A stretch of 64,000 nucleotides of DNA from the human T2T-CHM13v2.0 reference genome, Homo sapiens. The stretch is from assembly GCF_009914755.1 (NCBI RefSeq), contig NC_060937.1; one strand, 5' to 3'. Made by a program: the position numbers and the translations under genes. This document shows, piece after piece, positions 58,690-64,000 of the stretch; position 1 is the stretch's first letter, and every line of letters begins with the position of its first letter. The notes beneath the pieces were generated by a model. That model did not search any database. It was not told the origin of the DNA and saw only the letters and a program-made list of their open reading frames with translations.

Positions 58690-60855
58690 CACTGAGGACT
58701 GGTGTGTACCCCTAGGGACGCAGTATCCACCTGGAGACTGGGTGTCCCCATGGAACCTGATGTCACTCTGGGCCTAGCTGCCCACATGGGTCCTTGGTGT
58801 CCACCTGGAGCCTGATGTTCCCCAGGGACCTAGGTATCCATTTGGGTCCTGATGTTCATCTGGGACCTGGTGTTCACCTAGGGCCCGATAGTCACCTGGG
58901 GACTGGGTATGTACCTGGGGCCTCATGTCCACCTGTGGTGTGGGTATCCACGTTGGGCCTGTGTGTCAATCTGGTGCCCCATGTCCACCTATGGATTAGA
59001 TACCCAACTGGGGCCTGCTCTTCATCTTGGACTTGGTGTTTACCTGGAACCTGATGTCCAGATGGGGCATAGATTATCTATGTGGGGACTGGTGTCTAGA
59101 TGGGGTCTGACAGTCAACTGGGGCCTGGCCTGGTATTTTCCTGAGGTGTGACTGTGAACCTGGGGACTAAAGTCTACCTAGAATCCAGTGTCTACCTTGG
59201 GCCTAATGTCCACCGGTGGCCCAATGTAAATCTGGGCACTAAAGTCTACCTAGAATCCAGTGTCTACCTTGGGCCTAATGTCCACCTGTGGCCCAATGTA
59301 AATCTGGGGACTAAAGTCTACCTAGAATCCAGTGTGTACCTTGGGCCTAATGTCCACCTGTGGCCCAATGTAAATCTGGGGCCTGGTATTTAGCTAGGGC
59401 CTGGGTATTCACCCAGGGCTTGATTTCAGCTGGGCCCTGAAGTTCTCCTAGTGCCTAGTGTCCACCTGAGGCCTTGGTGTCAGTCGGGAACTGGATGTCC
59501 ACCTGGGGCTTGAGTGTTTCCCGGTGCCTGAGGACTTCCTGGGCCTGGATGTTCACATGGGACCTAGATTGAACCTGAGGCCTGATGTTCATCAGGAGCC
59601 CAGGTATCCAGCTGGGGAGTGGTGTCCACCCAAGACATTTGGAGTCAAGTGTCCACTTGAGGCCTCATGTCCACCTGGGGCCGGATTGTCCATCAGGGAC
59701 CTGTTTTTGACCAGGGACCTGGGTATTTACCTGGGGCCTCAGTGCCCACTTGGGGCCTGACATCCACTTGGGTGTTGGTGTCCACCAGGAGCCTAATGTC
59801 CACCAGAGTCCTGGGTATCCTCCTGGCACCTGGTGTCTGCCTGGGGCCTGGTGTCCACCTAAAGTGTGGGTATCCACCTAGGACCTGGTGTGCACCTAGG
59901 GCCTTTGTCCACCTTGGGCCTGTTGTTCCTCTGGGGCCTTGTGTCCGCCTGGGCCCTGGGTGTGAGCGTGGTACCTGATATCCACCTGTGGCTTCCATAG
60001 CCACCTGAGGCCTGGTGGTCATTTGAAACCTGGTGTTCTCCAGGGGCCTGATGTCAACCTGAGGTGTAGATATCCACCTGGGTCCTGGATGTCCAGCTGG
60101 GGCCAGATGTCCAGCTCTGGTCTAGGTATACCCCTGGGGCTTGATATTCACCAGGGGTTTAGGCATTTACTTGGCACCTAGTTTCCCTGTGGAGTGTGCC
60201 GTCCCATGAGGATTGACATTCAGCTGGGGACTGGGTATCTACCAGGGACCTGGGTATCCACCTCAAGCCTATTGTACTCCTGGAACCTGAGTATTTACCT
60301 GGGGTCTGATATGCACCCAGGCCTGTTGCCTACATAGTGTCTTATGTTCCCCTTGAGCCTGAACGTCCGTCTGAGTCCTCGGTATCCTCTGTGGGATGGC
60401 TGTCCACCTGTGACATTGTGTCCTGCTGTGGCACGGATGTGAGCCTGGTGCCTGATATACATCTTAAGTCCAGTGTCCACCTGGGGCCTGATGTTGACCT
60501 GGGGACTGATGTCCACATGGGAACTGGGCATCCACCTGCGGCCTGATGTCCACTGGGAACTGGATGTTGCCCTGGGGTCAGGGTATCTGCCTGGAGCGTG
60601 GTGTTCACCAGGGGCCTAGGCATCCACCTGGGGCCTGTAGTCTACCTGGGGCTTCCTGTCCACTGTGGCCCTGGTATTTACCTGGGGCCTGGACATCCAC
60701 TTGAGGCCTGAAGTTTAAGTGGGGCCTGGTGTTCAACGGGGGCCCATGTGTCAACTTGGGAACAGACATGCACCGAGATGCCTGATATCCATCTGGGGCC
60801 TGGTTTCCACCTGGGGCCTAGTATTTACCTACGGCCTGGGCGTCCACCTATGGTG
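58690..60855. repeat. Degenerate GC-rich 18/19-bp tandem repeat, consensus ~CCACCTGGGGCCTG(A/G)TGT
   Basis: On the order of 100 diverged units over ~2.2 kb; the motif tccacctggggcctg recurs throughout. Confidence 0.9.
59154..59381. repeat. 72-bp VNTR (~3 near-identical copies; 4 x 18-bp)
   Basis: ctaaagtctacctagaatcc starts at 59167, 59239 and 59311. Confidence 0.95.
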
Positions 60856-61480
60856 TATTATCTAAGTATCTAAGTAACAACGTTTGAGAGGTTATTAGGC
60901 CTATATATGAACATGCTACTAACTAGAAAAAAGTTATGTGCAAAGGAGCTTTGTGATGTACCTTATTATATTGTTGAATGGAACGTAACTTTTCATTAAA
61001 CAAGTTCCTAACACATTTTATAGAATCTAACAAATGAGATTTCAGAGGCCTATATATAAACATGAAAATTCAGCCCAATAACTAAAAACAAGCCATGTGA
61101 GAAGAAGCTTTGTGATGTGCTTTATTATATCACTGAATGTAACCTGTGTTTTTATTAAAGAAGTTCCAAACACACATTTTATCGTTTTATACAACCTAAG
61201 GAATGACATTTCAGAGGCTGTTAGGCCCACATGTGAATATACAAATATTCATCCTTAATAACTAAAAACAATCTGTGCATGAAGAAGCTTTGTTATGTGG
61301 TATTTCAGATCACTGAATGAATGGAACCTGTGTTTTTATTAAACAAGTTCCAAACACACGTTTTATAAAACCTAAGGAATGACATTCCAGAGGCTATTAG
61401 GTCTTATGTGAATATTTGAATATCCATCTCTAATAACTAAAACAGTCTGTGTGCAAAGATGCTTTGTGATGTGGTGTTTC

Positions 61481-61597
61481 TTTTTTTTTTTTTGAGACGG
61501 AGTCTCACTCTGTCGCCCAGGCTGGAGTGCAGTGGCACGATCTCGGCTCACTGCAAGCTCTGCCTCCTGGGTTCACGCCATTCTCCTGCCTCAGCCT
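61481..61597 (-). mobile_element. 5'-truncated AluY inside the satellite
   Basis: Right-arm 3' part only; TSD tggtgtttc. Confidence 0.9.
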
Positions 61598-62987
61598 TTG
61601 GTGTTTCATATAACTGAAAGAAACCTGTGTTTCTGTTAAACACATACTAGAAACATGTTTTGTAGAATCTAACCAATGACATTTCAGACATTGTTAGGCC
61701 TATATATGAACATATGAATATCCAGACCTATTAACTGGAAAAAAGCTATGTGCGAAGAACATTTGTGATGTGCTTTATTATATCACTGAATGAAATGTGA
61801 GTTTCCATTAAACAAGTTGTAAAAACACGTTTTGTAGAACCTATTTAATGAGATTTCAGAGGCAATCAGGCCTATATATAAACATATGAAAATCCAGCCT
61901 TAATAACTAAAAACAAGCTATGTGAGCAGAAGCTTTGTGATTTGCTGTTTTATATCAATGAATGGAACCTGTGTTTTTATTAAACAACTTCCAAGCAGAC
62001 GTTCTTTAGAACCCAGGGAATGACATTTCAGAGGCTATTAGGTCTATATATGAATATACGAATATCCATCCCTAATAACTAGAAACAATCTGTGAAGAAG
62101 CTTTGTGATGTGCTGTCTCACATCACTGAATGGAACCTGTGTTTTTATTAAACTAGTTCCAAACACACATTTTTTAGAACCTAAGGAATGACATTCCATA
62201 GGCTATTAGGCCTATGTATGAATATACAACTATCTATCACTAATAACAAAAAACAATCTATGTGCGAAGAAGCTTTAGGATGCACTGTTTTATATCACTG
62301 AATGGAACAAGCATTTCTGTTAAACAAGTTCCAAAAGGACGTATTGTAGAATCTAAGTAATGACATTGCAGAGATTATTAGGCCTCTATATGAACCTACT
62401 AATATCCAGCCCTAATAACTAGAAACAGCTATGTGCAAAGAACATTTGTGATGTGCTTTATTATATCGCTGAATGGGACGTGAGTTTTCATTAAACAAGT
62501 TCCAAACACACATTTTGTGGAATCTAATTAATGAGATTTCAGAAGCTATTAGGCCTATATATAAACTATTAGGCCTATATATAAAAATACGGAGCCTTAA
62601 TAACTAAAAGCAAGCTATGTGTGAAGAAGCTTTGAGCTTTGGGATGTACTATTTCATATGAATGAGAAGAACCAGTGTTTTTGTTAAACAAGTTACAAGC
62701 ACTCATTTTTTAGAACCTAAGCAATGACATTTCAGAGGATATTATCCTATATATGAATATACGAGTATCCATCCCTAATAACTAAAAACAGCTTTGTGAT
62801 GTGCTGTTTTATATCACTGAATGGAACCTGTGTTTTTATGAAACAAGTTTCAAACATGTTTTGTAGAATCTACAAAAATGACATTTCAGAGGTTATTGGG
62901 TTTATATATGAATATACACATATCCACTACTAATAACTAGAAACAAGCTATGTGTGAAGAAGCTTTCTGATGTGCTTTATTATATCA

Positions 62988-63357
<370 letters not shown>

Positions 63358-63827
63358 GGAATGAGATTTCAGAGACTATTGTACCTACATAGATTTTCAG
63401 CCCTAATAATGAAAAACAAGCTATGTGAGGAGAAACTTTCTGATGTGCTGTTTTATATAAATGAATGGAACCTGTGTTTCCATGAAGCAAGTTCCAAACA
63501 CATGTTTTGTAGAATCTCAGATATGACATTTCAGGGGCTATCAGGCCTATATATCAACATATGAACGTCCAGTACTAATAACGAAAACCAAGCTATGTAC
63601 AAAGAAGCTTTGTGATGTGCTGTTTTAAATCACTGAATGGAACCTGAGTTTCCATTAAACAAGTCCAAACACAGGTTTTGTAGAATCTAAACAATTACAT
63701 TTCTGAGGTTATTAGGCCTATATATGAACATGTGACTATCCAGCTCAGTTAATTATCATGAAGATATGGGTGAAGGAGCTTTGGGATGTGCTTTATTATA
63801 TCACTGAATGGAACCTGTTGTTTCATT

Positions 63828-64000
63828 GTATCCATCGGGGGCCTGGGCGTGAGCCTGGTGCTTGGTGTACACCTCAAGTCGAGTGTCTACCTGGGGCCTG
63901 ATGTCCATCTGGACACTGGTGTCCACTTGGGGCCTGACGTCCACCTCGAGCTGGATGGTCCTCTGGGGTCAGGGTGTCCACCTGGGGCCTCCTGTTCACC
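63828..64000. repeat. Second block of the 18-bp GC-rich repeat (runs off the window)
   Basis: tccacctggggcct units resume immediately after a truncated alphoid monomer. Confidence 0.9.

Noticed and set aside
58794-60623. ORFs with hexapeptide repeats (VHLGPD/G; VNLGTKVYLESSVYLGPNVHLWPN x3) suggesting a repeat protein
   Set aside because: A by-product of the 18-bp unit; frames are broken by 19-bp units and stops, and no consistent exon structure is visible.

Overview
Human/primate genomic DNA, very Alu-rich. It holds the 5' part of SACS (sacsin, the ARSACS gene, 13q12) on the minus strand. Five coding exons were located by exact AG/GT boundaries: 50039-50058 (coding end of the 521-nt exon 2), 13921-14071, 9879-9966, 7203-7288 and 3971-4082. 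Spliced, they read [16 protein letters not shown]...[12 protein letters not shown]...APYQG. Exon 3 lies in a CpG island that looks like an internal promoter and carries two candidate in-frame alternative first exons. The introns contain an Alu-interrupted RPLP1 processed pseudogene, a Tigger1, a ~14-kb decayed ERV1 provirus with four levels of LTR nesting (the innermost LTR10-like element carries a near-consensus p53 site), and an L1PA with a 5' inversion and a probable 3' transduction. The most unusual part is the last 6.4 kb. An E-box/ETS/YY1 promoter-like segment (probably SACS-AS1) is followed by a degenerate 18-bp GC-rich satellite, then a ~172-bp alpha-satellite-like array with a 4-monomer higher-order pattern, then the 18-bp satellite again. 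This resembles a centromere-type relic inside a gene intron on a chromosome arm. Repeat family names come from remembered consensus motifs, and repeat coordinates are approximate. No prokaryotic systems, CRISPR arrays or tRNA/rRNA genes were seen.
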